Assembly (NCBI GenBank): GCA_002269645.1 | Contig: NIVC01002987.1 | Location: 1 to 64,000, forward strand | Direction of reading: 5' to 3' | Origin: Macrostomum lignano | Taxonomy: Eukaryota | DNA length: 64,000 nucleotides | Shown: piece by piece, positions 11,501 through 23,417 of the stretch | Numbering within the stretch: the stretch's first letter is position 1 | Layout: each line of letters begins with the position of its first letter | Program-made: the position numbers and the translations under genes | The notes under the pieces: generated by a model | Told to the model about the DNA's origin: nothing | The model's database searches: none | What the model saw: only the letters and a program-made list of their open reading frames with translations

Positions 11501-13355
11501 GCTAGTCTAGCCGAGACATCTGTGAGTGTGTTAATCCTGCCTTTGGTTATCTCCCACATCCTCAGATTGAGTTGTCGACTCCTAGATCCTCAAATTGAGT
11601 TGTCGATTCTCCCAGATCCTCAAATTGAGTTGTCGATTCTCCCAGATCCTCAAATTGAGTTGTCGATTCTCCCAGATCCTCAAATTGAGTTGTCGACTCT
11701 CAGATCCTCAAATTGAGTTGTCGACTCCCAGATTCTCAGATTGCGTAGGTCAATCTGACAACTCTCACAGATCCTCAGGTCAGTCTGACAACTCTCACAG
11801 ATCCTCAGGTCACTCTGACAACTCTCACAGATCCTAAGGTCAATCTGACAACTCTCACAGATCCTCAGGTCAATCTGACAACTCTCACAGATCCTCAGGT
11901 CAGTCTGACAACTCTCACAGATCCTCAGGTCAATCTGACAACTCTCACAGATCCTCAGGTCAGTCTGACAACTCTCACAGATCCTCAGGTCAGTCTGACA
12001 ACTCTCACAGATCCTCAGGTCACTCTGACAACTCTCACAGATCCTAAGGTCAATCTGACAACTCTCACAGATCCTCAGGTCACTCTGACAACTCTCACAG
12101 ATCCTCAGGTCAGTCTGACAACTCTCACAGATCCTCAGGTCAGTCTGACAACTCTCCCAGATCCTCAGGTCACTCTGACAACTCTCACAGATGACCTTAC
12201 AAAACACTAGTGTACATTTGAGAGCAATCCATTGCATGCGTTTGGCAAGTAATTCAAATTACCTTTTCCCACATGCTTTGCCAGTCTGTCAATCTGGCGG
12301 AGAGTCCCTCCTCGCCCGACTGCCCGATGGCCGACTGCCCTGTTGTTGTCAATCGTCGCTCACTTGGCGGTGATTACCAAAGCAATGGCGGGGACGCTAG
12401 CGCACCTTGTCTGAGCGCCAGCGGCAGCTGCATCAGCGGCCTGGCTGGCGGTGGCGGAGCGCCGCCGATGCACCGCCCGACACCGCGCCGGCTGGCCAGC
12501 GAGCCCTGTTGCTGCCTGTCAGTCGGCGGCGGCGGCGGCGGCGGTAACCGCGGCGCGTCCTCGGCTTCGTCGCCAGCGGCAGCTGTATCGGCTGATTCTT
12601 CGGTCCAGACTCCGTCGCCTCCATCATTACAGCAGCAGCAGCAGCAGCAGCAACCTGAACAGCAGCAGCAGCAGCAACCTGAACAGCAGCAGCAGCTGGT
12701 GTACTGCTGTCCCGTCACCGACTGCCCGCTGTCGTTCGACAATCTGCCGGATTTCAAGAGCCATTTCGCTGACCACCTGTCCGGCCAGGTGCCCGGCGAC
12801 GTCGCCTCGCTGATCGGCCTGCCTACTGGCGTCGGCGTCGACCACACGGCCGGGGCCGCCGACGGAGCCTGCGGCGCCAACGACGGTGATGACGATGTGA
12901 GTTCGGCTGCCGCCGCGGCCGCCGCTGCCGCCTTCAGCCTGGATGACGAGACTACTTCGCTGGTGGCCGCCCTGGACCTCATGATGGCCTCCGACCAGTC
13001 GCTGATCTCCGCCATCAACGATCCGGACTCGGAGCTGCTCAACCAGATGTTGCTGACGTCGGCCCTGACCCTGCCCGACGCTGAATCTGGCCGGCTCCGC
13101 TGTCGACGCCGCGGCCCGGGCATCGGGCAGCTCGGCTCTGGCAGCTGCGGCGGCGCCTGCGTCCAATCCTCGAGCTCGGCCCGGACGGACGCCAAAGCGA
13201 ACAGCAGCCTGGCTGAGCTGGTTCGGCGCCGGCGCTGGCTGCTGCGTGAGCGGGTCGCCCGGCTGCAAGGCCGCGACGGGTCGCGAAATGTCGGTGAATG
13301 CCTGCCAATCAAATACCAGGAGGAGGATGTGGAAATCAACTGCCTGTCAGTTTAG
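8584..13355 (+). CDS. C2H2 zinc-finger protein (7 fingers; Gln/Ala-rich), 3 coding exons, ~1000 aa
   Basis: Exons 8584..9501 (cca|gtgcgt), 10520..11521 (tgtcag| and tct|gtgagt), 12285..13355 (tgccag|), both introns phase 0. Six fingers in exon 2 (e.g. CDWPGCGRAFRSRKGLNRHVNCQH, CAQCDRHFPSRRALASHQRMH) and CPVTDCPLSFDNLPDFKSHFADH in exon 3. True start and first donor are less certain. Confidence 0.8.
9515..10447. repeat. 17-bp minisatellite TAGATCTGCTGGGATTA filling ZF intron 1
   Basis: About 55 copies. Confidence 0.97.
11555..12195. repeat. Two adjacent 30-bp minisatellites in ZF intron 2 (CAGATCCTCAAATTGAGTTGTCGATTCTCC, then CAGATCCTCAGGTCAGTCTGACAACTCTCA)
   Basis: Direct reading; the unit switches at ~11745. 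Confidence 0.95.
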
Positions 13356-13854
13356 CAGCCTGTGGGTCGCTTAATCCCCCTCCCTCCCTCCCTACTACCA
13401 TATAAGCACCGCCGCCGCCCCTCTAGCCATGTCAGACCCGACCGCGAGTCGCTTCTTTTTACATTAGGTATATGTATTATGCTGATGCCTATTTTTATTG
13501 TTTATTGCGTGTGCGCACGGAGACACCGGCAGGCTTCAATGCGCAGCGGGCAAATGCATACGGAGCTTTTGATAATATAAATAGTTCCCAAATAATCAGA
13601 GCATGTTTCTCAAGATAATATTGAATAACACTGATTCCAAGAGCTAATTTCGATGGGTTTTTCTCGCCAATTATTAAATTCAACTTTTCTACGCGCTACT
13701 CATGCTACTTCGCTTAAATTTTGGTAGTCAGTAGTATAGTAGAAATGCCTGTAGGCTTAATTTGTGAATGTTCGTCGCTTTTTTTCTCGCAAGTTTCTCT
13801 CGCTTTTATGTTGATTATTCGGCAAAATTGTGAAGCTTTTTTATTTTTATTAAA

Positions 13855-14295
13855 CCACAGAAACTAAAATAGCTAGATGGGGCACTCAGGGATATATACT
13901 TGGTACATCAGCTTTCTACTCTCAGTTCAGTAGCAAAGAAGAATGCTTAAGCTATTTTATAAAAAGACAGCTGAAATGACTTTGATAAGTTTAGAAGCCC
14001 AAGCTTGCAGGCGTAAACAGCTTGCTAATTGGTTCAGCAATAATGTACATTAGCCAGTCCACTGAAATGTACATGGCAGCTTTAGGCTGGAATTCCGAGA
14101 AAGGCAATAAAAATTGGGGCGGGGCGGGGGGTAGTGTGGAAAGGCGCGGTTGGAGGGTTTAAGCTGTGGGTAAGAGCCAATAAAATAAGCCTTGACTTTA
14201 AAAATACATTAAAATGCTTCTGTTTAACTACTTACTACTGAACTGAAAGTAGCTGGCATGCAAATTTGCTGAGTGGGCCATCTAGTTTTCATTGT
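13855..14295 (-). mobile_element. MITE-like ~430-bp element, copy 1 (inverted relative to copies 2 and 3)
   Basis: Reverse complement of 15985-16415 and 17420-17848. Imperfect terminal inverted repeats CCACAGA-ACTA-AATA-CTAGAT-G-CACTCAG...CTTTCAGTTCAGTAG. No coding capacity. Confidence 0.8.
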
Positions 14296-14787
14296 GTGTT
14301 AAACCGGCAAACCGCTTGTTAATTTCATCAGTTTTCTTTGTATTCACTAAATATATAACTACTAACTAGTAATATGTAATGATTGTTGTCAGACAGTTGC
14401 AGGTCACAGTCACCATATCCTTTTAGCACTATTAATTATTGTCATGTACTAATATTTGTCAATATTATTATACAATTTGACAAATTCGGTTATAAATAAT
14501 TGATGATTGATTGAATTTCATCAGTAGAGCTATATATACAAATATTATGCAATTATACAATTCGGTCAGTAGTTCTTAGACTTATGTTTTGAGTTATCGC
14601 TGTCTAAAGAGATTAGTGGCATTGCGTATTTGTAGAAATTTTGTCTTTGTCAGTGTAACCCCGGTAGTCTCTGTACACATTTACTAACCTCAGCGTATCT
14701 CCGTGCGTCTAGTTTATTGATATTTGCTTGCTGCTATGCCAAGTTTTAATTGATATCTCATATTGCAAGGGGGAGGGGTCGATGATA

Positions 14788-15560
14788 CACCTTTTGCGTT
14801 CTATTTCGATTAAACTGCATTCAATTTCGGCAAACTGGCTTTCATTTTCGGCATCAGCTACGGCCGCACATCCAAACTGCATTTGAAATTTCGGCAAACT
14901 GTATTCAATTTCGGCAGGCTGCATTCAGTTTCGGCAAACTGCTTAGATTGGCGCTGTCGAAATTGAGTGCAGTTTGCCGAAATTGAATGCAGTTTGCCGA
15001 AATTGAATACAGTTTGCCGAAATTGAGTGCAGTTTGCCGAAATTGAATACAGTTTGCCGAAATTGAATACAGTTTGCCGAAATTGAGTGCAGTTTGCCGA
15101 AATTGAATGCAGTTTGCCGAAATTGAGTGCAGTTTGCCGAAATTGAATGCAGTTTGCCGAAATTGAATGCAGTTTGCCGAAACTGAATACAGTTTGCCGA
15201 AATTGAGTGCAGTTTGCCGAAATTGAGTGCAGTTTGCCGAAATTGAATGCAGTTTGCCGAAATTGAGTGCAGTTTGCCGAAATTGAGTGCAGTTTGCCGA
15301 AATTGAATACAGTTTGCCGAAATTGAGTGCAGTTTGCCGAAATTGAATACAGTTTGCCGAAATTGAGTGCAGTTTGCCGAAATTGAATACAGTTTGCCGA
15401 AATTGAGTGCAGTTTGCCGAAATTGAATGCAGTTTGCCGAAATTGAATGCAGTTTGCCGAAATTGAATACAGTTTGCCGAAATTGAATACAGTTTGCCGA
15501 AATTGAATGCAGTTTGCCGAAATTGAATGCAGTTTAATCGAAATAGAACGCAAAAAGGTG
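14788..15560. mobile_element. TA-flanked foldback/MITE with expanded 20-bp subterminal repeats
   Basis: TA at 14786-87 and 15561-62. ~50-bp TIR CACCTTTT(T)GCGTTCTATTTCGATTAAACTGCATTCAATTTCGGCAAACTG. The 20-bp unit CAGTTTGCCGAAATTGAATG occurs ~28 times on the right arm and a few times, inverted, on the left arm. Confidence 0.88.
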
Positions 15561-15984
15561 TAGCAGAATGCGATATTGCTGCTATTTGTCAGGCATTCCT
15601 AAAAGCACACACACACATACACACACAACTGTCTGAGGTATTCATTTTTAAGGGCACGTTCTATCATCCTCTGGTACTCAAAATACTACAATTACAAAGA
15701 ATTAAGAAAAGTTCTTAATTATTATTTCTTATTATTGTTGTCGTTATTGTCTAAGAAAAAAAATACAAAAATATACATCGAGCGCGTTCCTGCTGCGCGC
15801 TAGCAGTAAGATATTCTACAATACTTATTTGCTTGCATTCGTCCGTTTCTGTTGGTTATTCCTTCTCCAAAAGACAAACATCTGTAGATTTTATCTGTAG
15901 ACATTTATACACAAGTTTCGCTGTGAAAAAGCGACAGCAAGTCTGTCCCTGGCTTAATCCGACCCGGAAGATGCTGGCCACAGA

Positions 15985-16415
15985 CCACAGATACGAGAAT
16001 AACCAGATAGGCCACTCAGCACATTTGCATGCAACTACTTTCAGTTCAGTAGTAAGTTAAACTTAAGCATTTTTAAAGCCAAGGCTCATTTTATTAGCTC
16101 TTACCCTCTAGCTAAACCCTCCAACCGCGCCTTTTCACACTACCCCCCGCCCCACCCCAATTTTTATTGCCTTTCTCTGAATTCCAGCCTAAAGCTGCCA
16201 TGTACATTTCAGTGGACTGGCTAATGTACATTATTGCTGAACCAATTAGCAAGCTGTTTACGCCTGCAAGCTTGGACTTCTAAACTTATCAAAGTCGTTT
16301 CAGCTGTCTTTTTATAAAATAGCTTATGTATTCTTCTTTGCTACTGAACTGAAAGTAGAAAGCTGTTTTACTAATTGTATGCCTGAGTGGCCTATCTAGT
16401 TATTCTAGTATCTGT
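15985..16415 (+). mobile_element. MITE-like ~430-bp element, copy 2
   Basis: Left end CCACAGATACGAGAATAACCAGATAGGCCACTCAG; right end CTGAGTGGCCTATCTAGTTATTCTAGTATCTGT is its inverted repeat. Confidence 0.85.
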
Positions 16416-16663
16416 ACCAGAGACAAAAAGCTCCCAGCTAATTAAAACCCTGACAAAACCCTGCATGTCTGACAATAAGAAAGGCAGGCCGTTGTACACC
16501 CTGTGTGAGCGTGTGCGTATCTGTGAGTTCTCAGGGATCAGCCTTGGGCGGAAAATAGCCTATCAGTACTATGTAAATGACAATTTCCCATAAATTTGAT
16601 CAATTTATGCATTGCACATCCTTAAATATCTACTCTCTCGCGTAGAAAAGTAGTGTATAAAGC

Positions 16664-17233
16664 ATGTCGACTGCAGAATTTGCTCCAGGCCGCGGTCAGG
16701 CCGTGAATGGGCCGCACGGGCCCGGCTGCTGTGCCGACTATCTGGACGGCATGCTGGCCACGGACCCTGTCAGCCGGTACTACACCCGCTACGAGACCGC
16801 CGATGGTCACGTGACAGTGCTGGTCCACTCCAACCGGCTGCTGGTGCTCTGCCTGGGACTGAAGCACCCGGTTGTGACGGCCGGGCCAGCAGGCCTAACA
16901 GCAGTCGATTTCGGCCAGCGCGCCGATTCTCGGGTCAGCGGTAAACGGAAACGTGGCGGCCAGTTTCTGCGGCAGGGCGGGCAGGTGTGCGAGCTCCGGT
17001 TGTCCGGCTCGGCGCATCAGCCAGTCCGCTGTCCGGTTAGCGGCAAACTGATCGAAGTCAATCCGCGATTGGCTGCTGAGCCTAGCCTGGCTGTGACTGA
17101 GCCAGTCGGCCAGGGCTACCTATGCATCCTGGCGCCTTCGCTGTCCGATTGGCCTAAACTACTGGAGCCGCTGGTTCGCTGCTCGCCAGCTGCAGCAGAG
17201 CAATCAGTGACAGCTGAAGTCGTGGACAGCTGA
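16664..17233 (+). CDS. ABITRAM: ABITRAM / FAM206A (Simiate) homologue, intronless, 189 aa
   Basis: RYYTRY...VLVHSNRLLVLCLGLKHPV...RVSGKRKRGGQFL...VRCPVSGKLIEVNPRLAAEPSL....GQGYLCILAP matches the family pattern (GCV-H-like single-hybrid fold). Confidence 0.88.
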   Translation: MSTAEFAPGRGQAVNGPHGPGCCADYLDGMLATDPVSRYYTRYETADGHVTVLVHSNRLLVLCLGLKHPVVTAGPAGLTAVDFGQRADSRVSGKRKRGGQFLRQGGQVCELRLSGSAHQPVRCPVSGKLIEVNPRLAAEPSLAVTEPVGQGYLCILAPSLSDWPKLLEPLVRCSPAAAEQSVTAEVVDS

Positions 17234-17419
17234 AGCAGAAGGGCGCTGCACTCACAAATCCTGCGGTTTTCGCTGCGAAATGCACTTGCGAGATGGGAGT
17301 TTTCAGTTTTTTCAGCCTGGCCTAACTGAATTCTCAATATCTCACCGAACTTCCGAATGGCAAATGAAGTGCTCATGCATGTTGTAGAGAAGAAGGCGCA
17401 GTAAAAAAATTCTGGTTGG

Positions 17420-17848
17420 ATTACTAGAATAACCAGACGGGCCACTCAGCACATTTGCGTGCAAACTACTTTCAGTTCAGTAGTAAGTTAAACGGAAGCA
17501 TTTTAATGTATTTTTTAAGCCAGGGCTTATTTTATTGGCTCTTACCCCCCAGATTAAACCGTCCAACCGCGCCTTTCCACACTACCCCCGCCCCATCCCA
17601 ATTTTTGCCTTTCTCGGAATTCCAGCCTAAAGCTGCCATGTACATTTCAGTGGACTGGCTAATGTACATTATTGCTGAACCAATTAGCAAGTTGTTTACG
17701 CCTGCAAGCTTGGGCTTCTAAACTTATCGGAGTCGTTTCAGCTGTCTTTATTTTTTATAAAATAGCTTATGTATTCTTCTTTGCTACTGAACTGAAAGTA
17801 GAAAGCTGTTTTAATAAGTAGCTAATCTAGTTATTTTAGTATCTGTGG
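17420..17848 (+). mobile_element. MITE-like ~430-bp element, copy 3 (direct repeat of copy 2)
   Basis: Near-identical core to 16000-16400 (e.g. GAATTCCAGCCTAAAGCTGCCATGTACATTTCAGTGGACTGGCTAATGTACATTATTGCTGAACCAATTAGCAAG). Right TIR partly deleted. Confidence 0.85.
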
Positions 17849-18028
17849 GTTGGATATGTTCGTTCTACCGTTAAATAAATATATAAATATATATTTACTG
17901 TAGTCTGTATATAACTTAATAGTCTTATAACAACTAATCATTGAGAACAAGCAATCAACACAATATTATTTAAAACAACACGAAAATCTGTGCGCATATT
18001 GGAGCAATTCAACTTCTTCATCAGCATA

Positions 18029-19301
18029 TTATTCGTCAGTTAGCAGCATTTCAACCACTTTACATTCGTCAGCTGTCATCGTGCGCAGCAGCGAGATGCT
18101 CGGGCTCAGCAGCACTTTGCTGATGTAAGCCACCTGCACAGCCAATAGGAACAGCAGCACTAGGCCCAGCACGCCAATAACTGACAGGCAGGAGGCGATT
18201 GACAGGCAGAACACTAGACTAGTGTAGCTGACCTTGGCGGATACGTCAAAGCTATGCTTGTCGTATTCAAACGCGTACCATTCGTCCACAATGCGTAGCG
18301 TGTCGCCTAGGATGGCCAGCGCTAGGAATAGCGCTCCTAGGCAGGCGCACTTCGGCACCGAGTTGCTCTTTGGTCGCTCTGTCTTGGCTGGCTTTCTGTT
18401 GCAGGAAATGATTGAATATTGACCAGTTGCATAGTCAGAATCAATCAATCGATATCAAAAATTCACCAGGTTACAAGCATCGCACTCTCAGACACTCACC
18501 AGTGCTGACATGCACTCTCAGACACTCACCAGTGCTGGCATGGCACTGTCAGACACTCACCAGTGCTGGCATGACACTGTCAGACACTCACCAGTGCTGG
18601 CATGACACTGTCAGACACTCACCAGTGCTGGCATGGCACCATCAGACACTCACCAGTGCTGGTATGGCACCGTCAGACACTCACCAGTGCTGACATGGCA
18701 CTGTCAGACACTCACCAGTGCTGACATGGCACTGTCAGATACTCACCAGTGCTGGTATGGCACCGTCAGGCTCTCACCAGTGCTGACATGGCACTGTCAG
18801 ACTCTCACCAGTGCTGACATGGCACTGTCAGACTCTCACCAGTGCTGACATGGCACTGTCAGACTCTCACCAGTGCTGACATGGCACTGTCAGACACTCA
18901 CCAGTGCTGGCATGGCACCATCAGACACTCACCAGTGCTGGCATGGCACCATCAGACACTCACCAGCACCATCAGACACTCACCAGCACTATCAGACATT
19001 CCCCATTTCCGTCTCACTCATTGGTTTGGCCCTGTTGGGCTTCGCCGACCGCTTCGGACCGAGTGCCGCAGTTCTCGGCCAGGTCCTTCCCCTGGCTGCT
19101 GTCGGCTGTGGCAGTCGTGTGGCGCATCAGATTGGAAATCCGTCTGCGGCTGTGCGCCTTTCTGGCCGGCTTCGCTTCGGAGGCGGCGTCGCCGGGTGCC
19201 AGCGACTTCAACGGGCCAACGCTGGCCAGGGTGAGTCGCTCTTCGGTGAAGCTCTCGGTTGAGCTCTCCGTTGAACTGTGGGTTTCATCTAGTGGGTTCA
19301 T
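18029..19301 (-). CDS. Uncharacterised membrane protein, 2 exons, 216 aa
   Basis: Exons 19301..19018 (ga|gtgaga) and 18395..18029 (ctgcaacag|a), phase 2, 651 nt. Ser/charge-rich N-terminus followed by hydrophobic segments (CACLGALFLALAILG; LVFCLSIASCLSVIGVLGLVLLFLLAVQVAYI). Confidence 0.65.
18480..19000. repeat. 31-bp minisatellite TCAGACACTCACCAGTGCTGGCATGGCACTG in the intron of the membrane-protein gene
   Basis: Direct reading; 31-aa period in the overlapping ORFs. Confidence 0.95.
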
Positions 19302-19849
19302 TCCAGCGGACTAATGGGTCTCTTCTAATAACTGCCGGGCGTTCACAACAAACAATGTGATTTCGAGTATTGTATACAAGTACCTAGGCTTTAAGGGCGG
19401 TAATGAGAAATCAAGAGGGCTCCGTAGCCTTTATTATCCGCCTTCAAAGCCTAGCTAGGTGCCATAGACTAAGCGACAGCTGTTTATATTTGCTTTAATT
19501 TATTCGAGCCAAGGAGTTCTATAATTAGCATCCTGGAGTGAAAACATACTGGATCTATAATGCCATTAGAAAATCATGCAAGGCTTTGAGCAAAAATTCA
19601 ATCTGCGTCCCTCGGTATACATTTAGGTCAATTCATAAGATTCACCTGAATCTAAATCTAATTAAATGATACAATACGTTGATACGTTCTGTTTTGCAGT
19701 GTATATACAAGACTCGTTCCATACTAAGAAAACAAGATGTGAAGAACAATAGCAGACAGCCAAAGAAACAGAAAATATTTACACACACGGAAATTCAGAG
19801 GCAGCACTAAATTCTGTTGACAAAAACAATAGACATATTTAACTAATAG

Positions 19850-21000
19850 ATGTCAGTTCTAGTATAGTCACTACTTTTAGTAAGAAATTATAAACTTTAA
19901 ACGACTCTAACTGTATTGGAGGAGCTTTTATTCGCGCTCGGCGATAATCTTTAGAAGTCCGTAACGCGGTGATTTTCATCAATCGCTGCCTCGCAGCAGA
20001 CAAGTAGAAATTGCAGCTCAAACCGTTGCTGCAACAAGAGTCTCGATTCTAATGCAACCAATAGCGACGTTGGATGAGTCCTGAAAGTCTGCTCGCACAT
20101 TCGGCACAGACGACGCAGCTCTTCTGACGGATATGATCACAAAGGCCACCCTTCGATGACCAGCAGGGCTGCCCGACATGTCTGACAACTCGGTCGGTCG
20201 GGCAACTACAGCTGACGAGCGATGCAGTGCAGTAATTTAGTGCCATTCTCCGATGTCAATCTGTCGAGATACTAGCTGCCTCGCGAAATGCCAAGTAGTC
20301 AACTAAGAAAGATCGGCTTTGCGCGCTTATCCAAATAGGACCGCATCTGCAGCAGCCCTTCTGTTTAGAAGATCTGATGAAAACAGATGAAGAGTGCTTC
20401 TATGTAAATCTATAACAACTAGAGTCCCAGCAGGTCCAGGTGCTCACCTCGAATTGAAATTATCGGAATAGTGTGCATGTCCACGACACGAATAAACTCA
20501 GAAGTTGCATCAGCAACTGGCCGCTCTAGCGATCTGAGAAATTCTATTGCATTAACTATTGACAAGCTAATTAAGTCTCTGCTGCTATAGCTAACACGCA
20601 TTTTGAGCCGCTTCCGTTGGTGAACATGTGCATGCTTGTCGGTAATTAGTCAATTCGCAATGCGTAGCGACTCAGATTCCTGCACAGCATGCAGCTGTTC
20701 TATGTACATGTACATGTATCGCCATTCAATTCGCTGTGTCGACTTTCACAAGCACGCCGTAACAACTCAGGCAGTTGCGCACAAGCTTGACAAGATGGCA
20801 AGAGCAGAATCCCCCACTGTCCTTAAAAAAGGAAAGGGCAAGCGCGAGGGCAAACCTCGGCGGGAAAACTTCCCGCACGCAATTCTCATCTATCCTCAAC
20901 TAAGCTGACATGCCCTTAGCTGTCAGAATTGCAGGCATTTAATGCACTTATGCACTAGGTTCCAGCTGTTTCGCAATATGTATTGACTACCAATGCCGAA
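19850..21000 (-). mobile_element. Decayed P-element superfamily (THAP9/Galileo-like) transposase relic
   Basis: Colinear minus-strand fragments across frames: CHLVKLVRNCL; IEWRY..IEQLHAVQESESLRIAN*LITDKHAH...LKMRVSY; NAIEFLRSL...ATSEFIRVVD; ALNY..IARQL; SCQTCRAALL; SKGGL; YPSEELRRLCRMCEQTFR. These follow the order of P-type transposase motifs as recalled. Multiple stops and frameshifts; ends not located. Confidence 0.72.
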
Positions 21001-23417
21001 CACGAGTATGATGCACACTGGCATGTTGAGCCTCGCTACTCCCGACAGTTGGCGAGCCAGATTGGAGGGATAGTCAGCCCTCTCCCTCTCTCCCTACCCT
21101 CTCCCCTACCTCTAGCTCCCCTTGCCCGATCTCCCCTAACAATTCCCTTCCCTCCTAATCTTTCTCCCCTTACTTCTCTCCCCTTCCCTGTCTCATCTAC
21201 ATGTGAGCATTAGAGGGAGATGTAGCTAAAGTTGAAAATAGACCACGCAATACGAGCGTATATTGGTAAAATTGTCTAAAAGCAAATTAATGTTTTATAC
21301 AAAAAATACAAGATTAGCTGAAAACTGTTTTGGTTGATATTAACATTTTCGACCCGGCCTTTGCTAGCCAAAATGTAATCGTCGATGGTAATCGTGTAAT
21401 TTCAGGCCGCCCAATAGTAGTCCGATGGTACAATATCAAGATCGATGATGCCATAGACTGACTGAAGGTCGTAACATCGAGTGAACAATGTCCAAAGTAT
21501 TTACACTAGTATGTATACACTTCGAGAGTACATGATACACGCACCGTGCATAATTGCAGTGTTTTTAAATACATGCAATGAATACATTTCACCGTGCATG
21601 AATTCGGCTGCACAAACAGACACTTTTACATAAATTTTCATTCTTTTGTACATGTATATCCGCAGTCGCATATGGAGTTGATGGCTAGTTGATAGGTACA
21701 AAATGACCCTAACCTTTCGTTTCGATTTTTTCACTCAAATATAATTTTCATTCGATTAAATGCATTTCTATATTAATTGAATTGTCTATTAATCCGTAAA
21801 TCCAGCTTGTTAAAAGCAACAATTAACTGGCTATTCTCCTGTCTGAAGTGGACAAGGCACTCTCATAATGCATCTGTCTGTTTTTTTTTCACTTTCACTG
21901 GCCCATTTAGTGAAAGCAGGCAATTAGCGCAGTAGCCATAAGTGGGCAAATCGGCCCTCACGGGGGGTGGGGCGGAGCCGACTGCATGCCTTTGAAAGTT
22001 TCTCAGTTACCCAGTGTTACCGTCCCAGCTCCCTCGCCATGCAGAACTTGTGCAAACAAACAACTCAATAAGCTATACTAAACCCTGCGTAATGCAGTCT
22101 GCAGCATAAATACATATGTGGCAGAATTGCGTTGCCATTGCCATACTTAAACTACTTATACATGCATAGCCGTGCAGTACACGATGTTTCCGCGTCTTCA
22201 AAATATTGGATGAGCGCGTGGGAACACGCACGCGGACTCAACCAGCCGCTCCGCCCCTCCCGCCGTTGGCAGCGAAAGTTTTAAATGTTTTCTCTAGCAA
22301 GCTTGCATTGTAGACTACAGGATTGGCGGCGTGAGAACTCGCTGTTGAAATAATTCTGATGATGGGGGTTGGAGTCTGCATAGACGCGAGTTTAGCAAAG
22401 GCGAGTGCATGAGAGCACGCTAAAAGGTCGTAGTGTCATATATTGGGTAAACCATTATCAAAAACATTTACCTTAATGGTTTAGGAGGCCGAAACGCGTC
22501 AAGTTAGTGGGAAGAGCATGAAAAGCTCAGTGCTAAAACGCGTCCCACGGTCCCGCCACGAATTTAGTGTGCGGCCACTCAGTTAGGGCGGATTGTGTAC
22601 TATGTTTTCTTGGAAAATTTTAGGAGGCAGGTTTTTTATACGGAGGTAGGAGCTGTGTTCATTTGTACAGCACAAAAATTGTTATTGCTTTTGATAGAAG
22701 GGAATCCCAGTGTTAATCGTTTGATATATCTTGCCTTTCTTATATAGCTCTATTGATATTTATAAAGCTTTTTGTTTGGAAATTAAAATTTGGATTCTGG
22801 ATGTTAATTTTATATCGTCTCATTGGTTTTAGGAATTTATGAGTGCGTGCCGGCCTACAGCGCTTATTAAAGCCTTAGTTTTGTAGCGAAATCTAGCCTT
22901 CGGTGCCACTGGAGGTTTCCTGTTGCTACTAATGGCAATTGCGCAAGCAACGCAATTCTGATGCGCGTGTCAATTTAAATATTGTTTGCTCTCTGGAAAT
23001 TTGTCAGGATTCTGCGTTTGCCTGGCACAAATAAACGAGACTCGTAATGCTGGCATAGCCGGATTAACAAGTTAATTGTTAATTAATCTCATTAGTTAAT
23101 AACAACTGTTATAATTAATATGTTTATTGCATATCAAAGTTGAAGATGTATAAATGAGGAAGCACACACACACGATAGTGAAAAAAAACTTAAAATGTAG
23201 AGTTGGAGAACGAGAGCCTGCGCACTCAACTCTAACAAATAACAAGCCGTAAAAAATTAAATACGAGCTCAAGTGGACAGTTGCTAAGAAAAAGAAGACA
23301 ATTAAATATTAAGTGAAGCTTGTGAATTGTTAACAGCAAATTTAACAAATATTCCTTATCAATAACGGTTGCGATAGATATACAGCCGCATAAGCTTAAT
23401 TCCTTTCCTTAATTTGA

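Noticed and set aside
21895-22020. CACTGG...CCAGTG as a tiny MITE
   Set aside because: Only a 6-bp inverted match, with no TSD or second copy.
22465-22505. CCTTAATGGTTTAGGAGGCCGAAACGCGTC resembling a Penelope-type hammerhead ribozyme core
   Set aside because: The CUGAUGA box is not intact and stems I/II cannot be drawn convincingly. Other CTGATGA sites checked lack a matching GAAA.
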